DNA of 62,469 nt, the filler included, from Choristocarpus tenellus KU-1152 (taxonomy: Eukaryota > Protista > Phaeophyceae): assembly GCA_964200185.2 (NCBI GenBank). It is 11 parts of 11 records of this genome, joined end to end, with 100 filler letters (N's around TTAATTAATTAA, not from the genome) between each part and the next. Parts side by side here need not be neighbours in the genome. Positions count along the whole stretch, not along the records: positions 10,561 to 14,582 come from CAXNAD020016630.1; positions 14,683 to 18,332 come from CAXNAD020018737.1; positions 18,433 to 23,714 come from CAXNAD020011275.1; positions 23,815 to 29,394 come from CAXNAD020010357.1; 7 more parts are not named here. One strand, 5' to 3'. This document shows, in pieces, positions 12,056 to 24,560 of the stretch. Under the pieces are notes generated by a model. The model did no database searches, was not told where the DNA came from, and saw nothing but the letters and a program-made list of their open reading frames with translations. A program made the position numbers and the translations under genes. Each line of letters starts with the position of its first letter. Position 1 is the stretch's first letter.

Positions 12056-14552
12056 CTTTACAGATCCTGGTATTGTTCGCTCCCTAATCTCTTTTTCCCA
12101 TTGACTTCTGATCTTGTGTGGGCATATAATGAGTGTGGCACCTGATGCCTGTAGAGTTAGAATTTACAAAGAGATGTGTCAAAGACCTGACCCTTGTGAA
12201 AGAGAAATGTCAACAACTGTGAATGCCTCACTTGTGTCAGTCCAAGCCTTGTTTCTTCTACTACGGACCTTCATGAAGGCAAAAAAAAAAAATGGCAAAA
12301 GTAGTCAAGTTGTAACAAAAAATAGAATAACGACAATAGCTAAGGTGTTAGATTGTGTGGGGTTTGGTGAAAGTCGAATGAGCAGGGGAGTTTTGAGTGA
12401 AAATCAGATAGATAGATATATATGGAGTCTACGCAGCAAACTCTACGCACGACTATTTGTAAAAGGAGAAAAAAACCCCGACTGGGACCGAATCATAGGA
12501 ATATATTCCATAAGCATGCATCCCTGAACCAGATCTCACTTTAGTTGACCGGGGCCCTTTCCATTGACTTGAGGGTCAATAGGCATAATGTTGCATAGAA
12601 ATACAGAAATAGGATTTTGAGTGAACTCCGAGCCCTCCATTAGATCAGTTATAATTTCATGCCCCAGAGTACGTGGTGACTTGTGGCTTGATTACCTTGG
12701 GATAAGGCCGGTTCCTAGAGGTGGTCCCAAAGTGCTATTCAAAAATCCATCATATGTGCATGGAGTGTCATTTTTCTCGGGCTATCCATGGCTGGTTCGA
12801 GTCCTGATTCTGAATTTGACATCAGGGAAGCAGCATCTTACATGGGAATGTATCTTTGCCATATCTGACATGTCAGAATTTTGCACTCTCTGACTTGTTA
12901 ACCATTGCGCAATATATTGTGAATTCCATACCGAAAAAAGATCAACCTAATACGAAATATGCAATATATTGCTCTATTGTCAACAGGACAGAGTCACAGT
13001 AAACGAGAGGTACCCAGAGTTGCATTTCAAGGATCTTGACCAATATGTGCTCTTCTGTAATTATTTTCTCTTTTCCCTCATATCTCACTCTCTGTAACTA
13101 TAACTATCTTACTCCATCTGCTTCCATACAAACGTACACTGATTCTCTCTACCCCCCTCTCTTCCTCTCCTCTTCTACTACCACGAGGGTAGCAAATGAA
13201 GGGAAAAATGAAATTTAGGTTTATTGCCTACCTGTGATGCTGATTTTCAAGGCCTACACTCCTGAGTAGGCGTTACAAGCGGTGCTAACGACAGCTAGGA
13301 TTCAAAACCATTTATAACCTTTTCACTGCTAAAGCTGCTGTTGGATTCAAGTGAGCTACTTGAGCGGAAACATGCACACTTGACTGTAACTCTTGGGTGT
13401 CCATTAAACATATCACAACTAATTTTGAGCAATACCCTGACTCCTTCCTTGGATACACGTAACATACCTTCCCTGCACCGCAGCAGTATGTACAAAAAGG
13501 AAAGTACAGCATACCTGGGGGGCTTTTATCAAGGTGAGACACTTGCACACTACGCAGATGAAACTCTCTTCCTCTACAGCATCCACAGCCTTGACACTCC
13601 AGCCAAAGCAAGTGGATTAAGGTCCCACCCATCACCCATGGGGCCATGAAATTGTATGGATAGGCATGAGCGGGGAACACAAAGAGCATTCAGCAGAGAT
13701 CATCACAAACAAGGGCACAGGGGGGAAGGGAGGGGATGCGATGTAAAAACATTGCCAACCTATGTTTGATAGTTGCCCTGAAAATCAAGAGCAGGAAAAG
13801 AACGAACAGCACCGTCGTTACTAAACCTCATTCACATTTGATTCTGCCCCAAAAGAATCGTAAAACTAAACAAGAATGACAAGGTTGGCAGAGTTAGCAA
13901 AAGGAGGGACCTCAGTGAGAAATTTGATAGCATCCAACAATTTGTGAAAGAATTAGTGAGAGCACCGTAGTACAAAAATATTAATTTTTTTCTTTGAAGA
14001 ATATGTAGCCCATATCCACCTATCAGCTAACGGGCCCACATCACCCACCCAATACTGCCATAACCTTGCACTGATAGCAACATCGATCCAAAACATGTAA
14101 TCACCACTGGCACTTTCTCATTCCTTGTCCCTCATCCCTTCCCTTCTTCTCCTCCTGCTATCACCCTATTGACCAGATCAAACTCCAAGAACTCCAAGAA
14201 AGAAATAATTCCCTGTCCATTCATCACCTTATCACTGAGAACTCTCTAGCATCCAAAACTCCTCACCCCACAACACAAATCCAAGTTGACATAACATACA
14301 GCAGGAAGTCCCTGGATCACCTCTTGAGTAGTAAATCCACAACAACCCCCATGAAGCCACCACTTGCAGATGTCGCACTGTATCCAGCACAGGTCAGCTC
14401 CCCAGGATCGGGATGAGATAGAGTCACGCCCACAAAGGCACGCAGCATCAGTATCTGCAGGAGTGAGGTCATCCCAATACACTGAGCCACCCTTATTTTT
14501 TCGATCTGGATCTGCACTTTCCCACATCGCCCGCCCCCCCTCATTTTTATCT
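12056..14552 (-). CDS. Internal fragment of an SHPRH-like SNF2 helicase with inserted PHD finger (3 exons)
   Basis: Exons 14552-14321, 13589-13515, 12148-12056 splice in frame to ...ACLCG...WIQCDICKWWLHGGCCGFTTQE|AVDAVEEESFICVVCKCLTLIKAPQ|ASGATLIICPHKIRSQWEKEIRERTIPGSVK. A C4HC3 PHD directly followed by SNF2 motif Ia is the SHPRH arrangement. Confidence 0.85.
12991..13040. mobile_element. MITE family 3 left-end fragment
   Basis: gagtcacagtaaacgagaggtacccagagttgcatttcaagg matches the TIR of 26883-27147 and the start of the 28600-28850 relic. Confidence 0.6.
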
Positions 14553-14917
14553 CTGAACAATAAAAACGTAAACAAGCCAGTANNNNNNNNNNNNNNNNNN
14601 NNNNNNNNNNNNNNNNNNNNNNNNNNTTAATTAATTAANNNNNNNNNNNNNNNNNNNNNNNNNNNNNNNNNNNNNNNNNNNNCATGCGTTTTAAGCTGGA
14701 GACACCAGGGAGATGGGTAAGGAGGGACTTGTTAGAATCTTGGGATGCTTCCCTAGCTCCTCACCCTGGGGTGCATGACTAAGCTAGGTTGGAGGCACAA
14801 GAAGGCGGTGGTGCAGCATAGCTGGTAGCAAAATAGTAAACAGATGAATCTCTTTCACATTTTCGACAACTGTTACTTTTTGGGGGATTTTTCTGACTTG
14901 TGAATAGTTTCGTTGAC

Positions 14918-15100
14918 GCTTCCCCTGAAACATCTCCAAAATTTCAGAGGGCATAATAATAAAACAGAAAAATGTCTATCACATTTACAACATCTGTTAG
15001 CTTTTCAGGGGTTGCTCTGACATTTAAATGTTTTGTCATTGGTCTTTCCCCTGACACATCTGCAAGATGTCAGAGGGTATAATAACATATACAGTTACTA
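14918..15100. repeat. Dispersed repeat, two local units; third copy at ~38168-38235
   Basis: ttcccctga(c/a)acatct(g/c)caa(a/g)at(g/t)tcagaggg(c/t)ataataa at ~14919, ~15045 and ~38170. Confidence 0.75.
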
Positions 15101-15549
15101 TTATTAATTTTATTATGTTTTTGTTACTTTTGTTTTACTGTTGTTGCTACAGTGTTGGCAGTCGCCTCCTGCATCAACTTTGTTGTGCCATAACCTTTGA
15201 TCAACGACAAATTTATTAATGAAAATTGGTATGTTGTAATCACATCAACATGGTTAACCTTATTTGATGGGTCTCGGTTGGACAACTTACAGTAATCGTG
15301 AGAAACAAAGTACCATACTTAAATTAAGTATTCCGTGCGCATGTTTCGCGCGCGCAAACCACGCATTTTATGTTGATTTTGACTCCTGATGAGGTCATCT
15401 TCACCCGGAGAACATGAATGTTGTTGTCTCTCCATTATCTCTCCATTATTTCCCCTTTTATGGCATGTTGTCACCTGCTGGCTAAGGCTCACTCATGGGT
15501 GCCCAGGCGTCTGAATCAATCCATGCCAAGTCAAATGAGGTATTCTGAA

Positions 15550-15860
15550 GGTGCAGGCCTCCTGTGAGACTTAAAATGTCTTGTACACCCTGTCCAATTT
15601 GGTGCACTCCATGCCTTTCTCGCTGGAATATATCAGGTGGTAAGTAATACTCAACCTGAAGAACCTATCCACAATTACTCTGGACAGCCCCCCTTCCGCC
15701 TTAAGACTGACAGGAATGTTGGCTCTCATCCCAGGCAACTTGTAGTCACAGTGGCCTCGTACATAGTGCTTCGCTCGCCCCCAGACCATCTCTCTCCGGT
15801 CAATTCACAGTGGTACTTTGGAAGCACCAAGCAGTGTCGTCAACGACGCTCAACCAGAAT
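15550..15860 (-). pseudogene. Tc1/IS630-family DDE transposase relic (C-terminal part, frameshifted)
   Basis: HCLVLPKYHCELTG(frameshift)EMVWGRAKHYVRGHCDYKLPGMRANIPVSL matches the LPKFHCELNPIExxWGxAKxYxRxxCDY motif around the catalytic Glu. Confidence 0.8.
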
Positions 15861-16898
15861 CGTGTCCTGTGATTGGTTTAAACAGTATTAAGCCGAGGTT
15901 AGTCCATGAACCGTTTTGGCTTTGACCAATCTTGATTTTTCTAAGAAGGTCACCCAAGGATTTAATCGACGATCAGCATATGCAATGAAAGCTATAGATC
16001 TCAGCTATCGACTGGGTTAAGGAATCCTTTCTTAAAATATATTTGATCTTGATAATTCATTCCGGAACATTTACAAGGTTGTGCCGAAAACAATTGGTTA
16101 AAATTTAACCTTACCAAGAAAAAATCCGAAAATATTCCTTTGCATCAGTGGTAGCTTAGATCCAGAGTTTTCATTTGATATGCTCATCGTCGTTTAACTC
16201 GTTGAGTAATCCTTTCAAAAAATCAAGACTGGTCTCTCATCCTAGAGACGACTGCCAACACTATATTGTCACTATTGTTATTGCTACCTTTAGTGTTGTT
16301 ATTATTGTCACAGTGATTGCGATTATTATTACACTCTCTGACATTGTGTGTATGTGTCAGGGCTAAAGTCAATTCAAGATCATAAGGATCTCTATAAGAC
16401 TAGCAGTTGTCTTAAATGTGAAAGATACCTCTCCAAAATCTGTTTTCGTATTTGACTTCCAGCTATACTACACCACTCCCATAAAAGCTCACAAGTACAA
16501 TGTGAACGCAAGGAAACCTGAGGCTGGAGGTGCGGGACAAGCAGGGCTAGAACAAGACAACCTCTGAGCAATCTCAAGCAGGAATAGTACAAGGCAACAT
16601 CCGAGCAATGTTTCTTACAGTGGAAAACGGGAAAGCCCGGTGGAAAAGGCGGGGATGCTTAAGAACCAGATAAAAATGGTATGAAGAAGCTCACAAGGTA
16701 TGGGGATGCCTACTTTGACGCTGAAACATTGCAGATTGGTGTATGTCAGGAGTGGGACATGGGTGATGACATGAGCAGATTCAGACATAATGCAAGGAGA
16801 TATCCACAGTCATCCAGAGAAAAAGGAATAACGAAGGACTGAGGGCGGATTTACGGTAAAGTGAAGAGGGATAAACGCACAAGTGTGAAATCAGGCAA

Positions 16899-17228
16899 GA
16901 GTAAAAGTATCTTAGAGGGTACGAGTTTTGCCCTGTTTATTCATTTGGGGCTTGGCTTCCCACGGGTTTTTAATGACATTTTACATACTCCAAAATGTTT
17001 CACTGTAGGTAAAATGTGACATGGCGGTCAGTCTTGTGCGTTCTATCGTGTGTTTCCTTGCCGGATGCAAGGATATTGACTCAGGCTGATTTCGACGGTA
17101 GAGGTGTGTCCGGAACAAGGATATTGATACTTTCTGACAAACACGACAGCCAAAACTACATCAAAATCGCAATATTGGAATTTGGCCCCCAAGCGGACGC
17201 GGCTCTACCCTCTACGATACTTTGACTC
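16899..17228. mobile_element. MITE family 1, rearranged/chimeric copy
   Basis: Both TIRs present, ~85 bp of foreign or duplicated sequence inside (17018-17102), no matching TSD. Confidence 0.85.
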
Positions 17229-17585
17229 AGGCTGATTCCGACGGTAGAGGTCCTGGCAGATGTGGGAGTAAATGTTAATACTTTAGGACGTCAACGTTAA
17301 TACTTTATTAGTTGGTACACGCAGAAGGGCGGAAAAGGGTTGAGTGCCCTGCCGGAGTTATAGTCAAAGGGGTGCACAGGGAGGAGTTCTAGAATGGGCG
17401 GTTTATGTCACGAACACAGTTATCCCATGGCGTCCACGATAAAATCAGAGACAATGAGTCAGGGTAGGAGTATTGTGCCTGAGACAACCTTGCAGAGTGA
17501 TTGCCGATCAGATAGCGCTTGAGATGTAGAGCTGGGGCAGATATCAGGTCTATATCGATCAGTGATATAGTGAATGTTTTTTTTC

Positions 17586-17813
17586 GAGTGAAAGTATCTT
17601 AGAGGGTACGAGGTTTGCCCTGTTTGTCCATTTGAGGCTTGGCTTCCCATGGGTTTTTTCGGAGAAGGTAGAATGTATACGTTATGAAAATGTGTCCGAA
17701 ACATAGATATTGACATTTCCTAACAAATATTATAGCCAAAATTACATCAAATTGCAATATTGGATTTTGACCCCCAAATGGACGCGGCTCTACACTCTAA
17801 GATACTTTGGCTC
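17586..17813. mobile_element. MITE family 1 copy with internal deletion of half the hairpin
   Basis: gagtgaaagtatcttagaggg...ctctaagatactttggctc; flanks tttc/ttta. Confidence 0.9.
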
Positions 17814-20455
17814 TTTACACTGCAGGTATGGTTCAACCCAATTTGATATTGTAAGAAAATCGAACAGTGAGGGCTCATCGTAGAATAATATAGAGGTGGC
17901 CACTTCGTAAAAGAGTCGGGCGGAAGATCCAAGGCTAGTAATGAGATGTGTACTAGGCATAGGCATCCTTTGAATAAATTGTTATGTCAATACGAGTAGT
18001 TATAGCTTTAATTTAGCGTAGCTAGAAGTTGGGTAATACCGTGGCATAAAAAAAAAAAAACTGTATAGTATTTCAGAGTACTGGATGAAGGCACTTGGTA
18101 CGTTGGGAGTGTAGGTGGAGTGAATGCCACAAAACTAAGAATTGGGGATTAGCAGTAGATCTATTGTCAGTGATGCAGGGGTTAGTAACAATATGCGATA
18201 GTTAAAAGTGATTGATTGTGCAAGAATGGTCAAATTAGAAAAATAAGCAGGAGGATAATAAGGGCAGACCAATGTAGGGAGGGGGGGTGGGTGGGGAATG
18301 ATTGGCCGTAGCTCCTGCACCATCTTGCTTACNNNNNNNNNNNNNNNNNNNNNNNNNNNNNNNNNNNNNNNNNNNNTTAATTAATTAANNNNNNNNNNNN
18401 NNNNNNNNNNNNNNNNNNNNNNNNNNNNNNNNCCCGGTGATTCTCTTCACTACCCTTGCCTGAGTGAACCACGCCGCCACAGAACCACACGATTCACATA
18501 AGTGTTCTTAGTGATTCCTTCTAGAAGCTACAAATGCTGTAATAAACCAACCCCATCAATGATAATAATATCAGTCTCTTTTCAACCATGTGATCACATT
18601 CAAGAAAGGGGAATTGTGTGAGGCTCTCATCTCCTCTCTCTTCTTCCATACTCACACAAATAGCAGTCTAAATCTGCACAGAGACAGACGCCGGCGATCC
18701 CCATATCCATCATCACACCGTAAACTGATCTCTCATCATAGGAATGGAGGCTTTTGTAACGGGAAAATGGAAAAACTTCGTAGATCCATTTGCAGGATTA
18801 CCTAGTACTCCAGTACTTACAAGCAGTTACCACTGGGTATGACATCTCAAGGGCAACACATTTTTAAGGTGCAACATCACAAGCACTGAAATCGTTTGAA
18901 GGGAGGAATTATGACTTGGTGTCTATGGGGAAAACCACACTACAATAACGAAAAAGGGAAAATAGATCGACGCAGGCGAGATACAGGAGAGGTGTGGAAA
19001 GTGTTACTGCTGTGTAAGGACTTTGCTTTCCAGGGAGATTCGACAAGAGGAAAAACTTCATGAAAAACCTACCACCACTAAAAATATCGTTTATTATTGT
19101 TATTATGACCGAATGCTTAACAACATGTATCAGTAATATGACGCGATAATAGACAAAATGATCGAACTCCTAACACCATATTCTACAAGGGCACAATACA
19201 TGAACACCGAGAACCACCTCACAATTATGAAGGTGCCCACACATCAACACCCTAAAAAAAGAAGTCCCGTACTTTCCAATACATTAGAAGGTGTAAAGGC
19301 CTGCGATAATACCTGTAAGGTCCCCTTGAAAAACAAAATTGAAACAAAAATGCCTATTTTCTTGGTTATAACAATTGACCAAAACCATCACAACTTCCAA
19401 GCACAAGCACAACTTCTCCCTAGAAAAAAATGGAACAAACACGTGATACATTTTTTTTTCTCTGCAGTCCAACCGTGATTGGCCTGCCACGCATTGCGTT
19501 TGATACTAATCTACCCCTCTACTGAACTATGATCCTATTTTACTCCAACTTCTCTTCCTTCTTATCTACCATGTCACCTCCCCACTCATGTCTTAGAGTA
19601 TCCATTTTCCCCTTAACTCACCCCCGCCCAGTAGTGCAAGTTCACATTTTATCTACGCTTTAAGTCACAAAATTGGTGCGGACACCTTCCCAAGGGGCAA
19701 GAATTGTCCATCCACACCTTGGAATCATTTTAAGGATTTCGCCGTATCATACATATCTAAACCACCTCCTCACTACTACCCAAGTAATCCCTAACATTTT
19801 CATACCACAATTTTTAAGGATCTAAATCCAATTCCTTAACCCCCACTTTCTCCAGCTTTCACTCAGATGCCAACAAGCTTACCACATAATCGTTCCCCCC
19901 CAAACCCTCTCCCCACCAACTAACTGGCGCATAGTGCCCATGCAATGGGGACTACTCTACTCTGTGCGGAGTAGTCACCTCTTCAAGCATGTGACTTGCC
20001 CAACTGAGCAGAAAGCACTGTCTACACGCCACAGAAGAGTGATACACACAATGCCACATGAAAAAGAGAAACACTTGTGTTCTTTTGAGCACACCAGTAT
20101 GCAGGGGACATGACAAAGTAGAAGACCACAGGTGCCTGAACAGGTGAAGCAACACGCCACACCAGCACATATTAGCTCACCTAATGGACCACATGCAAAC
20201 AGCAGCTGAGACAACCTGGCCTTCAGCTATTGAACAAAAAAGGAACCCTGGCACGAAAATATCAACGTCCAACTGAATTGCCCCCTGCCCTCTGACGCTT
20301 CAAACACACAACGGTATTATCAATACCCTCACAAAATTGAGCTGGCCTTAATCAGCCAAAAGTTGTAGCAAAAGGGGACAAAAGCAAGTCGCACAACCTG
20401 CGAACGTCCCCTTGACGCTCCCTCCATCGGAAGCCATTGCCCATCTCCTGCGTCC

Positions 20456-23400
20456 CTAATTCATTGAGAGGTCCACCGCCTCAACAACGAGATACTCCAC
20501 ATGGGGTGATTTGCCCGACTCATTTGCCATTGTCCCATTCTCCTCACTGTTGTTAATGGTCCAGTGCAGCTCAGCAATTGACTTCCCTGCTGTCTCCGGC
20601 ATGTATCTCCATGTGAAGACAAAAGTAAACAGTAGCACAGCACCGAAAGGAAGGAAGCTGAACTCACCCAAGGTCACTGCCATCCAGGGCCACGATAAGC
20701 CCACGATGAAGTTGGAGGCCCAATTAATCTGCGAAGCCACTGACATGGCTGTGGACACATACCTATGGTGTCACCCAGAGCGGAGAAGTAGGTTATAGGG
20801 TTAGGGACGAGGTATACTCAAGTTGGTATCTCTGCACAGCATTGGAGCCACAATTATCTATCGGTAAAAACTTGTTTAGCAAAGAGAGCCAAAGTATCTT
20901 AGAGGGTAGGGCCGCGTCCATTTGGGGGCCAAAACCCAATGTTGCAATATTGATGTAGTTTTGGCTATCGTGTTTGTTAGGAAGTGTCTATATCCTTGTT
21001 CTGGACACACCTTTTCATAACATGTACATTTTACCTACTCTGAAACATTTTGGAGTAGGAAATTGTCTTAATAAAACCCATGGGAAGCCAAGCCCCAAAT
21101 GGACAAACAGGGCAAAACTTGTACCCTCTAAGATACTTACAGTCAAACCGTAATACAAAAATATACGTAAGACCCCAAATATACTCAAGTTTGGTACTAT
21201 GTAGTATACATATAGCATTGGAGTCATCCATTTGTAAAAAAAGTGTAGGAGAAAGGCTACATGCAGCACAAACAATGGTCCCATCACCCTCATGCAAAAG
21301 CAAATAAAGTTGGATTCGGTGAGTGGAAGTGCGGGGGGTGGAATACAGATCAGTGGGCACCAACAAACTTAAGCTGCCATGGTGAGTCTTTGATGATGTT
21401 TGGAGCACTTCTTGAGAAATATCAAGCAGATAGAAGAGCTCCAGAGGACAAAGTTCAATTGCCAGAGAAGAATGGGTATGGAGACTCCAAGAACAGGGGA
21501 GATGGAAGGTGAGAGTGGGGTACAATGAAGTGAAAAAAACAACTATACTTTGAGGTACATAAATTCTTGTGGGGCAGTTCATCGTCATCAGCGATGCAGT
21601 TTGAGAGGTACAATCACAAATACACTACTCCAGAGGGTTTTATCGACAAGCACTTACCTTCCAGGTAAAGCCAGATCACAGCAAGGACGACACATATAAC
21701 AAGGGTTGAGTGCAGCAATACCAGACGGGTTGGGGAGGGGGCCGAGGGAGGCAACCTCAACACTCACTTTGCATCAAACATCTCCGCCACAATGAGCCAG
21801 GTGATTGGTCCAAGCCCAATCTCGAAGAAGGAGACAAAGCCCATGACTCCGAGCACTGCTATTGAGCTCGGGAGTATTTCCATGAGCGCAAAGGTCACCA
21901 AAGCGGCACACACAAGCATGCCACCCATACTCAACAGAAGCAGGGTCACACGCTTCGTCCGATCCATCAGAAAGAGGGCTATGTATGTTGCAAGGACATT
22001 CACAGCCCCGACAAGGGTGGTCCCTACCAGCGGGTTGTCAATCACGCCTGCAAAAAAGCTGTTGGAATAGTAGAAGATGGCGTTGATGCCGGAGAGTTGC
22101 TGGGCCATGTGAAGCACAACGAAAGACAGCACAAGGATGCGCACCTGTGCACAGGGAATGGTGCAGTAGCCAAACGGGAGCTTGAGAAACGAGTTGGGAA
22201 GGGGCGTGGGGTAGAGGCGTGGGCGTGGTCTACTCTAGCAGCAGTGTAGTGGGAGCAAGCTTGGTTTGGTTCTGTAACAGGAGACTACTCCAATAAACAA
22301 AAACGAGTTGTGATGGTTAGGTAGGTACAGCACGCATGCCGTGGAAGCTACCACAAAAAGTAGTACATAATCTCACTTCCCTCCATGCCACACCTCCCAC
22401 CAGCAAGACGTCTGTTCTTGCTCAGGATTCATGGGTGGGAGTGCACGCTATCATCAGCCCACTATAGTACAGACATTCCATTCTCATAGATTTTTTGCCC
22501 TTCCCTAATGTCTACTACTCCCGCTGTTGTAGGTCCCCACTTCTTCAACATAGCCACCCCCCCCCCCCCCCCCCACACTCTCTCCCCAGGGCTGCGACTC
22601 CTCTTTTTGGCCTCCCTTTGCAGGGGCTCCGANNNNNNNNNGTTGTAGGTCCCCACTTCTTCAACATAGCCACCCCCCCCCCGCCACAACATTCTCTCAG
22701 CAGTGCTGCGACTCCTCTTCTGGGCCTCCATTGACAGGATAACCTCGCGGCACACATTCATTCTTGGGAAATCAAATAAATTCAAACACCTCACCCGCGG
22801 ACCCCCTGTTCATCTCTAAGAGGTCGGACGCCATGAAATCCCTTAATATATCAAACATTAAAACCCGAGAATTCCGTGACCCCCACAGCTCACACTCTTA
22901 TCAGTGAGAAGGTCCATGACAGCACCCCGGGAATGTGCGCTGGTGTGCGCCGTCTTCTGAGCACTTGATGCCTCCAATATATGGTTGATCTCCGTCTTGA
23001 GGCCATTAGCGAGGGTCAGGGTTACACATCCAGCAAAGAAGTAGAGATAGCGCGGAGCCGCGAGGCAAAAGGTCACAGAAGCAGGAAGAGGGTAAGGGGT
23101 GGGAGGATGAGAGCCATGATATTGTTGTTTGAGGGATAGAGCCAAAGTACCTTAAGAGGGTAGGGATGCGTCCGTTTGGGGCCCAAAATACAATGTTGCG
23201 ATTTTGGTGTAATTTTTGACTATCGTGTTTGTTAGGGAGTGACAATATCCTTGTTCCTGACACACACCTTTTCACAATATACACATTTTGCCTACTCAGA
23301 AATGTTTCGGAGTAGGTAATACGTCATAAAATACCCACGGGAAGTCAAGACCCCAAATGGACAAACAGGGAAAAACTCGTACCCTCTTAAAAAGATACTT

Positions 23401-23677
23401 TCACTCAAAACGATATTGGGGATTGGGGCAGGATGAGGACCCACAACCCTGAAGATCGTACTGCATCGAGACCAAACCCCCCTCATCCTACCCAGGCACT
23501 ACGGATGCAGTTCAATCAGGGAAGAGTCTCCTTTGATCAGTCAAGTGTCTATCGCAATACAAGGCACCACCTCGGGCCTCTTCTCTGACCTGAACATCCT
23601 CATCCGTACGGAATCCACGCAGCTTCTTGATAGCCAAACGGGCCTTTATGGAGTGTTCATTGCGAGTCAGTAGCCAC
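20456..23677 (-). CDS. MFS sugar porter (GLUT/SLC2A-like), 3' half, 4 exons, stop at 20456
   Basis: Exons 23677-23590, 22995-22894, 22144-21768, 20762-20456 are in frame. Sugar-porter signatures: RWLL, AQQLSGINAIFYYS, MDRTKR, FFEIGLGPITWLIVAEMF, NWASNFIVG, MPETAGKS. Confidence 0.95.
20886..21144. mobile_element. MITE family 1 copy in transporter intron
   Basis: Full-length with both TIRs. Confidence 0.92.
23139..23406. mobile_element. MITE family 1 copy in transporter intron
   Basis: Full-length with both (slightly diverged) TIRs. Confidence 0.9.
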
Positions 23678-23814
23678 CTTTTTTTTTTTTCCCCACGGTG
23701 ACAATTGCCAGAGGNNNNNNNNNNNNNNNNNNNNNNNNNNNNNNNNNNNNNNNNNNNNTTAATTAATTAANNNNNNNNNNNNNNNNNNNNNNNNNNNNNN
23801 NNNNNNNNNNNNNN

Positions 23815-24167
23815 GGGTCAAGGGGCCAAGCGCCCGGGGGGGGGGGGGGGGGGGGGGGTCTACACCAATGTGTCCATTTTGGGTCCTGACCAGGAAATGT
23901 GCACTTGCATTCTCAATCCGACGCATGCAACCAAATCACCCAAAAATCGCGACTTGGAAAAATGGGACCCAAATGGACGGACAGCAACCCCCCCCAGATA
24001 CTTTGAGCCAATGTAGTTGTTCCGGATAATCCTTTTCATAACGTACACATTTTACCTACTCCGAAATATTTTGAAGTAGGTAAAATGTCGTAAAAAAAAC
24101 TGTGGGAAGCCAAGCCCCAAATGGACGAACAGATAAAAACTCGTACCCTCTAAGATACTTTAAACTC
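23815..24167. mobile_element. MITE family 2 (23815-24009) followed by the distal half of a MITE family 1 copy (to 24167); probably nested
   Basis: ccagatactttgagcc is followed within a few bases by family-1 internal sequence through to the TIR ccctctaagatacttt. Confidence 0.8.
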
Positions 24168-24345
24168 AAAAGATACTTTAACTGAAAAGGAGATTGGCAA
24201 CAACAACAACAACAATGACAAAGAACACAATAACACACAACCATGATTTTTTTTTCACAGATCGGCACCTTTTCGTGACACGTCATTGACCAAGGGAACT
24301 GTGAGTGACGTGTATAGGCAATTAATTCGTTCACTACGCTTGAGA

Positions 24346-24505
24346 TAAACTATTATAAACAACTGTTCTATGTACCGGTATGTGAATCACTCTGTAAGAA
24401 ACTATTCAAAACAACTGTTCTATGTGCCGATGTGTGAATCACTCTATAAGAAACTATTCTAAAAAATTGTTCTTTGTAACAACGTGTGAATCGCTCTGTA
24501 TGTAC
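24346..24505. repeat. Tandem repeat, ~53-bp unit x3
   Basis: aaactatt..aaa(c)aactgttctatgt..cg.t.tgtgaatcactct.taag repeated three times with decay. Confidence 0.85.
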
Positions 24506-24560
24506 GACGTACCAATGTGCAATTCATTTTGGCTTATCTCTCAACAATTAACCAACTCAC

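Noticed and set aside
22522-22730. ~110-bp direct duplication in transporter intron
   Set aside because: The copies flank a 10-N gap next to a poly-C run; likely overlapping low-quality contig ends.
24346-24505. Repeat arrays as possible CRISPR (also 47401, 56885, 59360)
   Set aside because: Whole units repeat with no unique spacers, no cas genes, eukaryotic context.
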